In this document: one piece after another, positions 36,878-50,900 of the stretch
Position numbering within the stretch: position 1 is the stretch's first letter
Layout: each line of letters opens with the position of its first letter
From: Elsinoe ampelina
Taxonomy: Eukaryota
Assembly: GCA_010093995.1 (NCBI GenBank)
Contig: ML992520.1
Span: 62,001 to 126,000 of the forward strand
Direction of reading: 5' to 3'
DNA length: 64,000 nucleotides
Made by a program: the position numbers and the translations under genes
The notes under the pieces: generated by a model
Seen by the model: the letters and a program-made list of their open reading frames with translations, nothing else
Told to the model about the DNA's origin: nothing
The model's database searches: none

Positions 36878-38441
36878 TCAACGCGGCTTTCCTCCTTTCT
36901 TCTCCTCCGCAAACTTCCACGGCATTCCCTTCCTGTACCTGCCTAGAAGAAGTCAGCATCATTCTTCCTCATCACCCGCAGCACTACTCACCGGGATTCC
37001 CCTCCTCCTGAGCCGCCCGATGCTCCTCCGGCAGCCTCCTCGTCTCCTCCCACTCCGGCAGCCTTGGCCTCCTCTCTCCACGAACAGACCTGTCTGATGT
37101 GGTCGTACCCCCTGCTTGCGCCGGCTGCACGACGGGCATCAGTGTTGGCCATGGAGTCGTAGGCTGCTCCAACGGCGACACCGGTGCTCGATCGTCCAGT
37201 GGTCGGCCAGGAATGGGCGGGAGGAGCGCAGACGGAACCCGTGCGTGCTGTGGCTGATCTGAAGCAAATACGGGTTCCGTCTGGCTGTGCCGAAGAGGTA
37301 CCGGGCGGAGCGATGACAAGCCAGGCTTGACGACCGGGTAGGTGACCGGGCCTGGTCTCGGTGCGGAGAAGAAGGGTCGGAGCGGTGTCATTGGCTCAGG
37401 ATCGATGTAAGTACAGTCCGATCCAGTCGACTCCGGCCTTCCCCTCTCTCCTCCTTGATGCCTAGAATACGTTGAGCTTGGGCTTTCCATAGCCTCTTCC
37501 TCATCATCCTCAAACTCCGTCTCTTCCTCTTCCGGGGCCGGCCTCTCAAGAACCAAATCATCATCCTCGAAGATGATACTCGGAATGATCGGGTTCGCCC
37601 CCACCGACCCTTTCAGCTTCCACTCTTCGATCAGATCGTCCCCCTTCGCCTTGAGCTCAGCCTTCAGCTCCTCGATCCTCCTGTCCAGCTCTCGCCCCTC
37701 AGCCGCCCACGCTTCCTCGGCCTGCTTCCCCTTCCGCCGCTCGACCTGCTCGTCGGAACGGTAGTAGTCCTCGATCTCGTCGAGGACACCGCTCTTCCGC
37801 TGTTCTTTCCATGCTGCTACATCCGCGTCGAGACGGGCGCGAGCGGCGCGTCGGGTGGCGAGCTCGGCCATCATGGCTTGTGCTTGGCGGGCGTCGGCGG
37901 CGGCGGAAGCAGATGCAGACGAGGGAGTGCGGGGCCGGACAGGTAGACGAGTCTGGCGGGAGGGGCCGGCGGTGACTGGTGCCGGGGAGGAGGCGGAGGC
38001 CGGGGGTGCTGAGTCCGAGCGAGCGTGACGGTAGGCGTTGGGCGCTGCTGGTAGACCCACGCCAGGGAAGGGGGCGGGTTGAGCCGGTCTCTGCCGTCTT
38101 GGAGCGGGCGGACTAGCGAGGGGGCCGGTCGAGGGGATGATGGGTGAGATATCCTCAAAGGCCGGCGGGGAGGTGGGGGAGCGTTCCAGCTCTGGGCGGG
38201 GCGGGGGCAGAGTGCTGGTGATGTGGCCCAGAGTGATCACTCCGGGAGCGTTGGCGACGGGGGAGGTGGAGGGGATGGTGGGTGGGACGGGGAAGGCTTC
38301 TTGGGTGCGGCGGCCGGCGAGAGAGGGAGTGTTGAAGTGCTCGTTTCCAGTCTCGATGGGTGAGGAAATCGAGCGCTTGAGCTCTTCGCGGCGCTTTTCC
38401 TTGCGGCGTTCAGGGGAGGTGAAGAGCTTGGGGAGAGGCAT
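36878..38441 (-). CDS. Pro-rich, mostly disordered hypothetical protein with central coiled coil
   Basis: ~490-codon frame from ATG 38441. Terminal intron GTGAGT..CTGAC..TAG (~36991-36940) gives GRYRKGMPWKFAEEKGGKPR*. Confidence 0.7.
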
Positions 38442-38962
38442 GTTGGTTCTGGTACCTTGGTACCGTGGCAAGAGATCTGAAAGGGTGGACAAAGTAGGGA
38501 AGGTGCTTTGAGGCTTCAGAATGGAGAGAACCGATGCTCTCCTCCATGGTGATGGTATATCGAGTTGATATACGACTGTCCCTCACCCTCCTCGCTGTTG
38601 TCCCTCTTCGAGCCGTCGTACATTGTACACTCGACTTCATCCTTCGACAACCGCATACGGGACATCTTGGTCCAGTCAACCCCAAATGTTCAACCCAAGG
38701 TAACGCATGTGTCCAATGACAACGTAAGTCTCGTGCCATTCAAGTCAATCTGTCTTACCATCTCCCCCCTCGTGTGCCCCTCCACCTGCCCAACCAAAAC
38801 CTCCAGCCAGCACAGTTGGGCGCACGAGACAAGATATACCAGTCCCTTCCCGCCCGTGTCACGTGAAAATCTTTTCCTGTACTCACGCTCCTCCAAGCGA
38901 GGAGCAATCAAAGCCACCCTGTACTCACTTTCCCGAAACACATCCCCCGAACACTCGAGCAA

Positions 38963-40714
38963 TCATCCCCTCCTCGGCGTCACAACGCAATTCAACCCTT
39001 CCTGCAACACAAACCAAGCGCAACGTTCCGACCACTCCTTGTCAGGCTCGGCGAGCTCGATGTGGAAGTTCCAGAACAGACTGGGTATCAGTTTGGACAT
39101 TTCCATCCAGCTGATGTTTTTGCCGATGCAGAGACGGGCGCCGGAGCCAAAGGTGAAGAAGAAGCGCACTGTTTGGGTGGGTTAGTCGGGCATGAGACGG
39201 GGGACAGGAGTTGGAGGAGTGACGAGGATGTCGAAGGGCGGGTGACAAATTCGGGAGGGCGCATGGGGAGGGGCATGTGTTGACTTGCAGGAGGAGGAAA
39301 AGGAGGGTGCGTACTCCTGTCGCCTGTGTCTTGTTTCATCCAGCGCTCGGGTCGGAAGGTCTCGACGTCCTCGCCGTAGACTTCTGTGTTTCTGTGTATC
39401 ACCCATGGGTTGGCGCCGATGACGCTGCCCGCGGGAAGGAAGACGCCGTCGACTGTGCAACCGCCGTCTGGGACTATGCGAGGTAGACTCATGCCTACGG
39501 CTGGGTGCAGACGGAGGGCCTCGTACATGACGGCTTGGAGGTAGGGCATGTTGTTCGCTTCGCTCAGGAGGGCAGGGTCGGAGAGCTTGCCTGCTTCGCG
39601 GAAGGAATCGATTTCTTCGACGAGTTTGCGTTTGCAGTCTGGGTTCTTGAGGAGGAAGTAGATGATCGCTCGGGTGGAGATTGCGGTCGTATCACTGCCG
39701 GCGAAGATGTTGGTTGTGGCCATGCTGGTCAGTGCTGCAGCGTCAAATTCGAGGGGCTTCTCTTTGTGTACAGGGATGAGTTTCGAGAGGATGTCTTTAC
39801 GTTCCGTTCCACGATCCTTTCTCGCATTGACCTCGCCGGCGGCCAGAGTGCGGATACTGCCATGACGGTTGTTCAGAGCAAGGCGATTACCGAGATACGG
39901 AGAAAGGTAGTCATTCAGCCAGAAGATCCATGGCATTTGTCCGACCCAAGCAGCAGAAATGAGGGCCGACTCGATCGCCTGGAAAGATCCATCATCCTTG
40001 GCTGACTCGAGAAATTGGAAGGAGCGTGAGAAGGAAAGCTCGCCGATGATGTCTAGACAAGGTCAGTGGCTATACTCATTTCTTACAAGTGAATGGATGT
40101 ACCAAATGCAAAGAGCTGGACCCATCGACCAAGATCGATCACCTTGCCGGAGCGCTGACGAAGATTGTCGTTGAGTAGCTGGATAGTATGGTCGACGTAT
40201 GGCTCCAGATCCTTCAATGTCTCCATGGCATAGGCGCGTGAGACAAGCTTTCGCTGCTGGCCATGCTTCTTCTCATCCTGTTCACCGAAAAGGTCAAACT
40301 TGCGATGACCTTGCCAGACACTGTCGGACCGTCAGTCAAGCTCAAGCCGGTGTGAGTAGGTTATCCTTACCTGTACCACTTGGACTTGTAGAATTTTGTT
40401 CCAGCGCCATAGATTGTCTTGATGGTAGCCGGATCTGATACCGAGACCTCATTAGGGCCGGTCCTGACAAGATAGCCATGTTGTCGATGCAGATCGATCA
40501 TGACACGATGCAAGTCACCATCCTTGGAGTGCTTGAGGATCCATAGACGAGTCAAGCTCGCCCAGAAGGGACCTGGCACTTTTGCGAGCGGGTGAAAATA
40601 TCGGTAATAGACAAAGTACGCTAACGATAATGCCAGTAGGCCAAGAGATATAGTAAGTAGATCGATGTGGATCAAGCCCTGAGAGGCTTGCAGAGCAGCG
40701 GAAACGGCTGGCAT
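38963..40714 (-). CDS. Cytochrome P450 (pisatin demethylase-like group)
   Basis: TM anchor plus HPLAKVPGP, AGSDTT (I helix), EALRLHP (ExxR), FRPERW and FGSGARLCIG (heme Cys). Introns 40370-40321, 40102-40053 and ~39314-39169. Confidence 0.96.
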
Positions 40715-41518
40715 GATGGATGACGAGGATGATACAGTCGCGCTGATATTGGCCCAACTTACATTTGGAAGACGCTCCAGACATCAGGTCAAAGAAGAGA
40801 GGGGAACTCGACACATCCACAACGGGCCGTAGACAGGTGCTGGAGCTTGACAGTTCCCAGCAAGCTCAACTCCAGTTCGACCACTACACGACCAGATGGA
40901 GGGGCCGAATGTCCGAATCTGTTCTGTCCGTGGCATTTCCGTCCAGAGCCGCGAAATATAGGGAGCTGTGAGTGGTCGATCGAGGTTCCTCCACATGCCT
41001 GGCCGCGGGGTTTTTGGACAATGAAGTCGACTGCCGGTCTTGGCATGTCCTCGTTCCGTCCTCCGGCTTCCCCGCAAAATTGGACTTTTGACCTCGCATC
41101 ACGTGCTTTTTTTTTGTCTTTTCCAGGGTTGCGGCAGTCCAAGAGGCTGAAAACGGCTCACTATCACGGCCGTGGCCCCTGCTTTTGCTTGATCGTTTGT
41201 TTCTCCAGATTTCTGGCCGATTGTCGATCAATCCCGACTTTCCCATCGACAGCTGCCGCCATACAAAATGTGAGCTTCGGCTTTGGAATTGCTCGGGTCG
41301 GTAGGGGATATCCCAGGACGTCATAAAGGCTTCGTTCCCTTCTATTCTTTTGCTTATTCGGAACTGTTTTCTTTCCGATCCTACAATCTACACCATCTTC
41401 TTTCCTATACCCACGATCAGAGTCGAGTTCGTCCTCTGAAGTAGCTCGCATCGTTCCTCTGTGCTTTCCCCGCGTTTCGTTCCACACCCAGCGCATAGAA
41501 CATATATCATATCCAGCA

Positions 41519-43465
41519 ATGGAAAAGTACGACATTGTTGTCGTCGGTGCGGGCCCAGTGGGTCTGCTCTTGACCACCTGTCTGGCAAGATGGGGTTACA
41601 AGATCAAGCAAATCGACATGCGGCCGACGCCCACACCTACAGGACGAGCAGACGGTATTCAACCACGGTCTCTCGATCTCCTGCGTAACATGGGTCTCAA
41701 GCGAGACATTATGGCACACGACCCAGCAAAGGTTTACGAAGTCGCTTTCTGGGACCCCAGCTCAAAGGCAAAGGGCATCCACCGCACAGGCACATGGGCA
41801 TCGTGTCCAGACTTCATTGACGCACGATACCCGTTCACGACTCTTCTCCACCAGGGTCTGATCGAGCGTGTTTTCATCAAGGACCTCAAGAAGAACGGCG
41901 TTGAGATTCAGCGACCATGGCGGATAACAGGCTTTGAGAAGGACGGCAAGGACGAGGAACACCCGATCGTGGTCAGCACCGCACATGTGGATGGAGATGA
42001 GAGGCAAACCATGCGCACAAAGTACCTGTTCTCCGGCGAGGGTGCTAGGAGCTTCATTCGCGAAAAGCTGGGAGTTGGCATCACACATAAAGACCCCATC
42101 GCCCACGTCTGGGGTGTCATGGATGGTCCAGTCAAAACCACTTTCCCCGACATCAAGGTAAGATACTCATCCGGCGCGATGGCCCTTTCAGAAACTAACT
42201 TGTCGCAGATGAAATGCACAATCCACTCCGACCACGGTTCCATCATGGTCATTCCTCGTGAAGATGACATGGTCCGCCTGTATATCCAGATCGCCTCCTC
42301 TACAGACCCTGACTGGAATCCTCGCAAGACCGCCACAGAGAAGGAAGTTCAAGACCACGCAAAGAAGATTCTTGCACCATACACCATCGAATGGGAGCGC
42401 GTAGAGTGGTTCTCCGTCTACCCCATCGGCCAGGGTATCGCAGACCGCTACACCCTCGATGAACGCATCTTCATGGGCGGCGACTGCTGCCACACCCACT
42501 CTCCTAAAGCTGGTCAAGGCATGAACACCGCCTTCCTCGACGCCCAAAATCTCGCCTGGAAGATCCACCACGTCGAATCCGGCTTCGCGGACCGCTCGAT
42601 CCTCAAATCCTACGAATCCGAACGCAAGCTCATCGCCGAAAACCTGCTCAACTTCGACGCCGCCTACGCCAAACTCTTCTCCCAACGCGCCCCGTCTGAA
42701 GTCCAAGACGCCAGCACCAACGCCTCCAAATCTTCCGCCTCGGAAAACGAATTCATCCGCATGTTCAAAGAAAACTGCGAATTCACCTCGGGCTACGGCG
42801 TAGCCTACAACCCCAACATCTTCAACTGGTCCCCCTCCCACCCTGCCCAATCCCCTCTCTTCCTCTCCCACGCCGCCGGCACCACCAAGCTGCGCACCGG
42901 CCGCGTCCTCCACAACGCGACCGTCACCCGCGTCACCGACGCCAACGTCGTGCACCTCGAGCAAGAAGTGCCCCTCAACGGATCCTACCGGTTATTCCTC
43001 TTCGCCGGCCGGCCCGACAAGACGGCGCGGGCCCTCAAGGACCTGGCGGCCGGTGTGCGGCGGAAGGACAGTTTCTACACCTCGTTCGCTCGCGCGGACG
43101 CGGATAGGGTGTCGTATCACGAGAGGCATAACCCGCACAGCAAGTTCTACACTTGGTGTGTCGTGTTCAATGCCAAGCGGAACGAGGTCGAGGTGGACGA
43201 CATGGTGCCGGATCCGTTGAGGCGGTATAGGGATCATGTCTATGCTGACGATGTGTGGGATCAGAGGGTGCCGGATGCCAAGGCCGCGGCGCACGCGAAG
43301 ATGGGGGTGAGTGAGGACGAGGGCGCGGTGGTGGTGGTTCGGCCGGATGGGTATGTGGGTGCGGTGGTGAAGTTGGTCGAGGGGAGTGGGACGGTGGATG
43401 CGTTGAATGAGTATTTTGGGGCGTTTTCGTCGAAGAAGTTTGGGGGGGAGAGGGCGGTGTTGTAG
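41519..43465 (+). CDS. FAD-dependent phenol 2-monooxygenase family hydroxylase (resembles hydroxybenzoate/protocatechuate hydroxylases)
   Basis: [34 protein letters not shown] and C-terminal [10 protein letters not shown]. One in-frame intron ~42158-42208. Confidence 0.95.
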   Translation: MEKYDIVVVGAGPVGLLLTTCLARWGYKIKQIDMRPTPTPTGRADGIQPRSLDLLRNMGLKRDIMAHDPAKVYEVAFWDPSSKAKGIHRTGTWASCPDFIDARYPFTTLLHQGLIERVFIKDLKKNGVEIQRPWRITGFEKDGKDEEHPIVVSTAHVDGDERQTMRTKYLFSGEGARSFIREKLGVGITHKDPIAHVWGVMDGPVKTTFPDIKVRYSSGAMALSETNLSQMKCTIHSDHGSIMVIPREDDMVRLYIQIASSTDPDWNPRKTATEKEVQDHAKKILAPYTIEWERVEWFSVYPIGQGIADRYTLDERIFMGGDCCHTHSPKAGQGMNTAFLDAQNLAWKIHHVESGFADRSILKSYESERKLIAENLLNFDAAYAKLFSQRAPSEVQDASTNASKSSASENEFIRMFKENCEFTSGYGVAYNPNIFNWSPSHPAQSPLFLSHAAGTTKLRTGRVLHNATVTRVTDANVVHLEQEVPLNGSYRLFLFAGRPDKTARALKDLAAGVRRKDSFYTSFARADADRVSYHERHNPHSKFYTWCVVFNAKRNEVEVDDMVPDPLRRYRDHVYADDVWDQRVPDAKAAAHAKMGVSEDEGAVVVVRPDGYVGAVVKLVEGSGTVDALNEYFGAFSSKKFGGERAVL

Positions 43466-43597
43466 ATATGGTGGGGATGTGTATATATGTAGCTACGGCT
43501 GGAGATACCTCTTTGTTGGTCGATTAGTGTATAGAGCAATCCATGTCATTTCTACTTGCTTCTTGTTCTCGAACTCCTTCCGGTACTGCCTCATAGG

Positions 43598-44941
43598 TCA
43601 CTTGACAGCAAGTACTGCCTTTACTGTCTTTCCCTTCTTCACATCCTCCATCGCCCTCTCCAGATCCTCGAATCCATACATGGTCAGCAGCTCGTCGAAC
43701 CCAAACTTGCCCTCCTTCCACATCCCGATCAGTCTCGGCAAAAACTCTCCCGGCACCGAGTCTCCCTGATGCGTTCCCCGCCAGCTCCTGCCCCCAATGA
43801 GCATATCCATGAGCCTCACCTTCGCCTCCACCCCGGGTGCTCCGCCTCCGACTGTGATCATCGTGCCTTTCCGCGCAAGAGCCGGGATCGACGCTTCGAT
43901 GAGCGACGGCAGACCGACGCAATCGAGGACGAAGTCCGCACCAATGCCGGAGGTAGCGTCTTTGATGGCCGTTGTCAGTGGTGCAATGCCGTCCGACGGA
44001 GCGGGTAGCTTCGAAGAGTCAATGTGTACGATCCTTTCGGAGGCCTGTAGAGCGGTAGGCACGAGGGAGAATTTGCGGGAGTCGTTGTCGATGAGGATGA
44101 TGCGTTTTGGAGATGAGGTGAGGGCGGCGAGAGCGGCTGATAGGCCGACGGAACCAGCCCCTAGGATGGCGATTGTGGACGATGGAGGAGGAGAGCAGAC
44201 GTTCCTGACATGTTAGACCAAGTATGCAGAGTTTGAAGAACACACTGGTTACACGATAGCTCCCGCACCAGTCTGTATGCCACAGCCCAGCGAGGCGAAT
44301 TTTCTCAAGTCCTCGATGCTCGTATCATCAGGTAGTTTCACAATGCTTGTTTCTTGTGCGAGGACATGTCGACCCATGCTGCTTTGGCCGAAGAAGAAGT
44401 GGTTGAGCTCGTTGCCGGATGAGTCTTTGATAGCCGAGGACCCATCCTTACGACGTCCTGAGAAGTTCAAGGCAGAAAGATCGTGGCAATAGGGTGAAGC
44501 GTGAGAGGAGCAGGTCGGACATGTTCCGCATGAAGAGTATGTTAGGATGACCTTGGAACCGGGCTTCAGATTCGAGGTCGGCGGTGCATGCAAGACTAGA
44601 TGATATCAGTGGGATGGCACTGGGATATTTGCGGGCGAGAGCTGTTCCTTCGAAATGCCACCAAATCGCTTATAAAGTCTCGTGGAGACCACCGAAGGAC
44701 AAAAAGGACACAAAGAGGCCGACGGATTTTTCATACCTATACCAGAAGCCTCATGACCAAGAATCATTGGCGGTTTGAGCAAGAATTTGCCAGCAGCGGC
44801 CTTTGCATCGGTGGCGCACACTGAGAAGGCGACTGTCTCGACCAGAACCTCGCCCTCTTTCACATCATCAATAAATACTTGCTCGAGTCTGATCGGGCGG
44901 CCAGCCTCATATACGGTGTAAGCCTGAGTCTGGAAAGCCAT
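43598..44941 (-). CDS. Zn-dependent medium-chain alcohol dehydrogenase, aryl-alcohol dehydrogenase-like
   Basis: VCATD, GHE, structural Zn C-x2-C-x2-C-x7-C, FFGQSS, LGCGIQTGAGA, GAGSVG, QGDSVP and GKTVKAVL. Two introns. Confidence 0.93.
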
Positions 44942-45388
44942 GATATAGTCGTTTGAACAGAGGCATGAATTCTCATGCTCGCGGTGATGTCAAAGAGGGG
45001 GGGTTACATCTTCACGAAGATCTGGTTGCTTTGCCGAACCGTGAGGCTCATCCTACCAACTTGCTGTGTAGGACCGCTCTTTTCGTGACAAGACAACCAG
45101 AGCTATCTTCAAATTTACAGATAGCAAAGACACAGAAATGCGGCGACTCTCCATCTATTCTCAGACACTGTTGTGGTGTTGAAATGATGGCTCGCAAGCT
45201 GGGAGTGAGGCAAGTCTGGAGGTATACTGCGATATCGGGTACCATCAGCTCCGACCTCGGGTTCCCATCCCGCATGCGCATTACCAATCAGAGGAGCGCG
45301 TTTTATGCCTGACATCATTTTCGAGATATTTCAACATGTGACAGAAAACATCTTCTCCATACAACTTGTCAACTTCTGGTACTGGAAT

Positions 45389-46470
45389 ATGGCACCATCG
45401 CTGGAGGTCGACGAGGGGCTCGACATGTCGGCGCCCCTCAAAGAAGCCCCCAAATTGGTCGCACCCGAGCCAGGTAGGTGAACTTCAACCCCCGCGACTC
45501 CATATACTGACGAATGCCGATAGAACACTGTCCCGGTCCAGAGTCACAGCAGGCAGGAAAAGCGGATTCATGCGCAGGATGTCCAAATCAAGCCATTTGC
45601 GCGTCCGCCCCAAAGGGACCCGATCCCGATATCCCTCTCATTACAGCTCGACTCTCTGGCATAAAGCACAAGATACTGGTACTCTCTGGCAAGGGTGGGG
45701 TGGGCAAGAGCACATTCACGACACTCCTAAGTCAAGCCTTTGCTTCAAATCAGGACTCGATGGTTGGAGTCATGGACACGGATATCTGCGGCCCGTCTTT
45801 ACCAAAGATGTTCGGCGTTGAGGAGGAGACGATTCACGTCAGTAGCACAGGATGGAGTCCGGTCTGGGTCAACGAGAACCTTGGAGTAATGAGTATTCAA
45901 TTCATGCTTCCCAACCGCGACGATGCGGTCATCTGGAGGGGTCCCAAGAAGAATGGCTTGATCAAGCAGTTTCTCAAGGATGTCGAATGGGGCGACCTTG
46001 ACTACTTGATCGTGGACACGCCACCAGGAACAAGCGATGAACATCTGAGCGCCAACAGCTTCCTGAAGGAAAGTGGTGTCGACGGCGCTGTCTTGGTCAC
46101 GACGCCTCAAGAAGTCAGCTTGCAGGATGTCAGAAAGGAAATCGATTTCTGCAGGAAAGCAGGTATCAGGATCCTAGGCTTGGTCGAGAACATGAGCGGC
46201 TTTGTGTGCCCCAAGTGTACACATCAGAGCGAGATCTTTAGAGCCTCGACTGGAGGAGCGGCGGCGTTGTCAAAAGAGACTGGCATTCCCTTTCTCGGAA
46301 AGGTGCCACTCGATCCAAGGATAGGCATGAGCTGCGATTTTGGAGAGAGCTACCTTGATGCCTTTCCCGACAGTCCAGCCTGCATGGCCATCAGACATGT
46401 TGTCAGGAGAGTTGGCGAGGAGATTGGACTGCAGGCAGACGAAGTACTACCTATGGATGCACAGGGATGA
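45389..46470 (+). CDS. NBP35: Cytosolic Fe-S cluster assembly factor NBP35
   Basis: [52 protein letters not shown] and FVCPKC. Intron ~45474-45523. Confidence 0.97.
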
Positions 46471-47074
46471 AGAGCTACTACACCAACGGCGCGTCCATTC
46501 GCTGCCACAACCATACTAGAGGTACCTGCCTCCCTTGGCTGCGTTCGACAGGCAAGCAGTCTCGTGCAATGCCTCAGTCAAGGCACCGTAGCCAACCATC
46601 TCGATCATCTCCATTGGACTGCCACTACTATCAGTACCGGCATCAACCAGACCAAGTTCTCGCCACGAAGCGGAGATCTGATGGCGTCCGGCTCATGCCA
46701 GACATATCAAGGGCATCGCGATTGGTTAGTTGTATCTCACCATCAAACCACGTTGGCTGCATAGGTCTCCAAACGCGGTCTGCAGGCAAGACGGGCAATG
46801 ATTCATTTTTGCCCAAAAATTATTCTTCGCTAGTCGTATAACTGTTTGAAGCCACGAGGTTTGGCGACCCAGTAGATATCCTAGCGTGACCGATCACAAA
46901 AAGAGACACGAATCTTTTTCATCTCATGTTGTAAAGTCTTGATTCATGCATTCGCAAATGCTGTGATCTTTTGGTCGCTCAAGTGCGCCGGATGGTTTTC
47001 GACCATGAGAAAAACCCAGCCATGAAAACACCCCATCATCCTCACCCCCTTCATGCTTTCTATGCCCCGAACCT

Positions 47075-47628
47075 CTACTTCGTCGACTCCCTCTTTGACT
47101 TGTTGAGCTCCCGCCCCTTGGCGATCCTCTCGAGAATGTTCTCCCTGTCCTTGTCGAGCTTAAGCTTGGTCACGACGACCTTTGATGGTGCGATGCCGAT
47201 CGGTACGGACTGGCCGTTGGTCTTCTCGCGAGTGACACGCTCGATGTGGATGACGTATTTGAGACGGTAGACGGATGTGACCTTGCCCTCGCGGCCCTTG
47301 TTGGTGCCACGGGTGATGAGGACCTCGTCGTCTTTGCGGATGGGGATGGCGCGGACCTGTCATGCCTGTTAGACCATGCTTCTTTTGCTCGTTCAATCGG
47401 CCGATGGTTGCTGATTGGGCCTCGAGGGGATGGATTGGCGTACGTTGTGCTTGTCACGGAGTTCCTTGCTGAGAGGTGCGCTCATGATGGTCCTGCGCAC
47501 GCTGGAGGGAGCACCGAAGTGCGCCTTACGCGACTTCCTCCGGGAAGATGAGAGAGCTGTCATATTGTCAATTATGTTTCGTGAAGCCGGGCTGAATATC
47601 TCATCGTACATGTGTTGATCTTGGTCAT
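47075..47628 (-). CDS. RPL26: 60S ribosomal protein L26 (uL24)
   Basis: [50 protein letters not shown]...[14 protein letters not shown]. Two introns. Confidence 0.97.
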
Positions 47629-47981
47629 TTTGGCGGCGTGTCGTTGTTCAATGACCTTGTCGTATATCGCTGGACGTCAAATCTTCAAAAACCGAAGTGA
47701 TTTTGCGTCTGTGTGGGAAGCGATTGTGCACGGACATCGGGAGCCGGACCGTGCTTCCGTTCCTTGGCGCTTTCCTCAATCTTGTGCCAAGGTCCCGCGC
47801 GGAGGTATCTTATTACCATCACTTCGCCGACTTCAATGCGAGCTTCACTCGCGAGCATTTCATGACCACAGCCAGTAACATGTATTGTACATAGGAGCTC
47901 TTCACTTTATGTTTAGAGCAGACTTTACCAAGCATTCAGCCAGGCCTGCAATTTACATTTCAACGCGCGCCGATCGCGAAC

Positions 47982-50900
47982 ATGGCTCCGGCGAACTACA
48001 ACTACAACACATGGAATGGCGCTTATGATAATAGGCAGCAGGCCAACAATCCTCCTTACGGCTATGGTAACAACGTGAGCAACAACAATCAGTACGGAGG
48101 ATCCTCTACAGCGACATATCAACCAAATTCATACCAGCAAACTACCAACGCTCAGACCAATACTTCGAACGCAGCCTACGGACGTGGTTGGAATTATCAG
48201 CCGTCGCAGAATGAATCAAGAGCAGCAGAGACACTCAGTGCGCTCAGTGCGCAGGAGCCCGCGCCATACAGCTCAACTTCGACGGGCACAAACCAAGGCT
48301 ACGGAAACGGGGCGTGGGATCCTGCACAGCAGCGTCCTGCGAGTAGCGTAGCTCAGTCAACTGCGTCGACTCAATCATATGAGAGTGCCTACTCAAGAGG
48401 AACTCAGCAAACGTACTCGACCGCCGCATCAACCCAGCCAAGCACATACAGCCAGGACAGTTCATATGCGCAAAACAGCACGAGTAACGTGGGATACCAG
48501 TACCCTCGCACATCGCAAGCATTCAATCCAGTCAACGACGCACGCCCGAGAACAAATACTGGGCAGTCCGCACAGTCAAAGCAAAAGTCCGCAGCGAGCC
48601 CTCGAATACAGCAAAACGGACGAGCATCCCCGGCGGTTACACAAGCTCAAAATGTGGCAACATACACTACACAACGCCCGAGCACGAGTGGCCATCAGCG
48701 GGTGCAGTCGGTGACACCCACGCAGCTTCAGCAACAAGCACGGAATGCGCCTCCACCACTTCCGGCTGCTCCTGCTCAGGCTACGATTGATCCAACGCAA
48801 GTCTACGATCCTTGGCCGGAACAGAAACGGGCAGCGGAGAAGGCGGCAGAGGAGAGGAAGCGAAAAGAGGCCGAGCAAGCCAAAGCAAAGGCCGCAGAGG
48901 AGGCAGCTGAGCGTGAACGGAAGCGCAAGGACGAGGAAAAGGCAGCTGCTGAGCATGAAAGACAACGTGGGATTGAACAGGCCAAAGCATTGACAGCTTC
49001 CGCATTGGATGCAGCTATGAACGCAGCTGAAGTCAGTGGCACGTCTACCGGAAACGTCATGGAGGAAGAGATGCGTGCAATGTTCCAAAAGATGCGACAA
49101 TTCAATGCGGCTAATCCGAAGCTGCTCGCAAAATTGTGGGAGGAGGAACGCCAGGCACACGTGACCAAGCCAGGTTCAGTGCAGGAAAGCGCGACCTCGG
49201 CTGCTCAGATAGACACGACCATGACTCCAGCTCGCACGTCGTCTCCTGCACCCGAGGTCTCCAAAGCGAAGAAGGCTTCGGCGAAGAAAGCAACATCGAC
49301 ACCCAAGGCTCCGAAGGTACCAAAGGCCAAGAAGACTGCGACAGCGAAAGCATCAGAAACAGGAACCTCTGCATCGCCCGCACCGCCGTCCACGACGAAG
49401 AAAACTGCTGCCGAATCAGCAAAAGCACAGAGCGCACCTGCGGTTGCGCCGCCAGCGGCTGCTACGCCCACAGCTGTCACCGCACAGGGCAGCGCATCAA
49501 TCTGGCCGCCGGGTCGCAAGCAACTTCTCGCTGAAACTGGTGCAAAGTGGTTGAATGAAAGGAAAGAGAACACGGGGAAGAGCATCACGGCGGAACAGCT
49601 GGCGGAGCTCCTCAACGGCAATCCATCCTATCCGAATCTTTGCGCCAGTATCGAAGCCATGGGCATCCACCTCGATCGCTCTGCATTCGCGAGAACATTG
49701 CTGACCGCCGTCCCGGACCTCAACAAGCCCAATGCAACAGTTGCTTCAGTTGTACGAGCATCAGCGGCATCGACGGCACCATCCGCAGCACTCGGAGCTC
49801 CAGTCGCGCCAACTTCTTCCCAGCCAGCCACCACTGGTCATTCAGGAGTTGCTCCGGAAGCGCCCATGTTCAATGGTGCTTATCGACCTCAACAACCCGC
49901 TCCATCACCGGCTCCAGCCGTCAAGCCCCCTCCACCACAGAATGCGTATCTCAACAAACTTAATTCTTTGGATCGTCCACTCACGAAGGAAGAGACTGCA
50001 CGCAAACGCGTCTATGAAGAATTACAACTTATGACCAATCTCGAGGACGACTCGGACGATGACATGCCCCCGCCTCCCAAGATTCAAAACACTGGACAGT
50101 ATGGCGAGTTCTCCTCCATCATGGCTCCGCCACCTCTAGATGGCCATCAGCAATTCGGACAACAATCGGTCTCTGCGCCACAGCCACTCGAGTCTAGGAG
50201 TTTTTCTGGCAAAAATGCAAACCCTAAGCTTGCAGAACTACGGAACCAGATAATTGTTCAACCACTGAGAAGAGAGAAGGCCGCGCGCCGCAGCACATAC
50301 GATCCTAGAACCATTGCTAGAGATGTCTTGCTCGCGACTGGCAGGCATCCCGAGATGCGACCTCTCAATGGACATCTGATGGGTATGCAGAGGCTGCTCG
50401 CAAACCATGGAAATTCCGTCGAAGGGCACAAATACGATCTCGCCACGATTCGGTGGGATTTGATCGATCCTGGCGAGCCTCTTCCCGACTCTGAGGATGA
50501 TAGGAGCGATGACGGCAGCGAAGCTGATGATGAAAGCGACACACTTTCGGCACGCGCATTGGCGCGGCCAAATGTCCCCATTCCACGAGCTCTAGACGCT
50601 GGTGATGGCACTATGACCATGGCGCCGGCTATGCCTCAACCCACGTTGAAAGGCACCGGCAAGAAAAAACCGAGAGGAAGACCACCAAGGTTCAGCGCCC
50701 CAGGCGCCATGCAAACAATGGCGGGTGCCGGCAATGGTGACAATAACAAGTCACAATCAAATGGCACCCCACAACCCCGAAGAACTGCTGGCTCGCCAGG
50801 TTCGGCACCCTCAGGAAACAGGACTGGCACACCATCTGGAGGAACACCATCTGGCGGCGCAATCGGATACGCTGCTCTTCGGGCACAGGCTCCAATTCAA

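Noticed and set aside
36349..37011. 220-aa + strand ORF
   Set aside because: No motifs or codon bias; overlaps the 3' end of a minus-strand gene.
14141..43294. Long overlapping or antisense ORFs (14141-15085, 16040-16864, 24170-24799, 30001-30576, 32647-33435, 42188-42964)
   Set aside because: These are shadows of GC-rich, codon-biased real genes and give low-complexity translations.
44597..44737. Stem-loops in the ~140-nt ADH intron
   Set aside because: Only a ~10-bp imperfect stem with no overlap of splice signals; plausible by chance.
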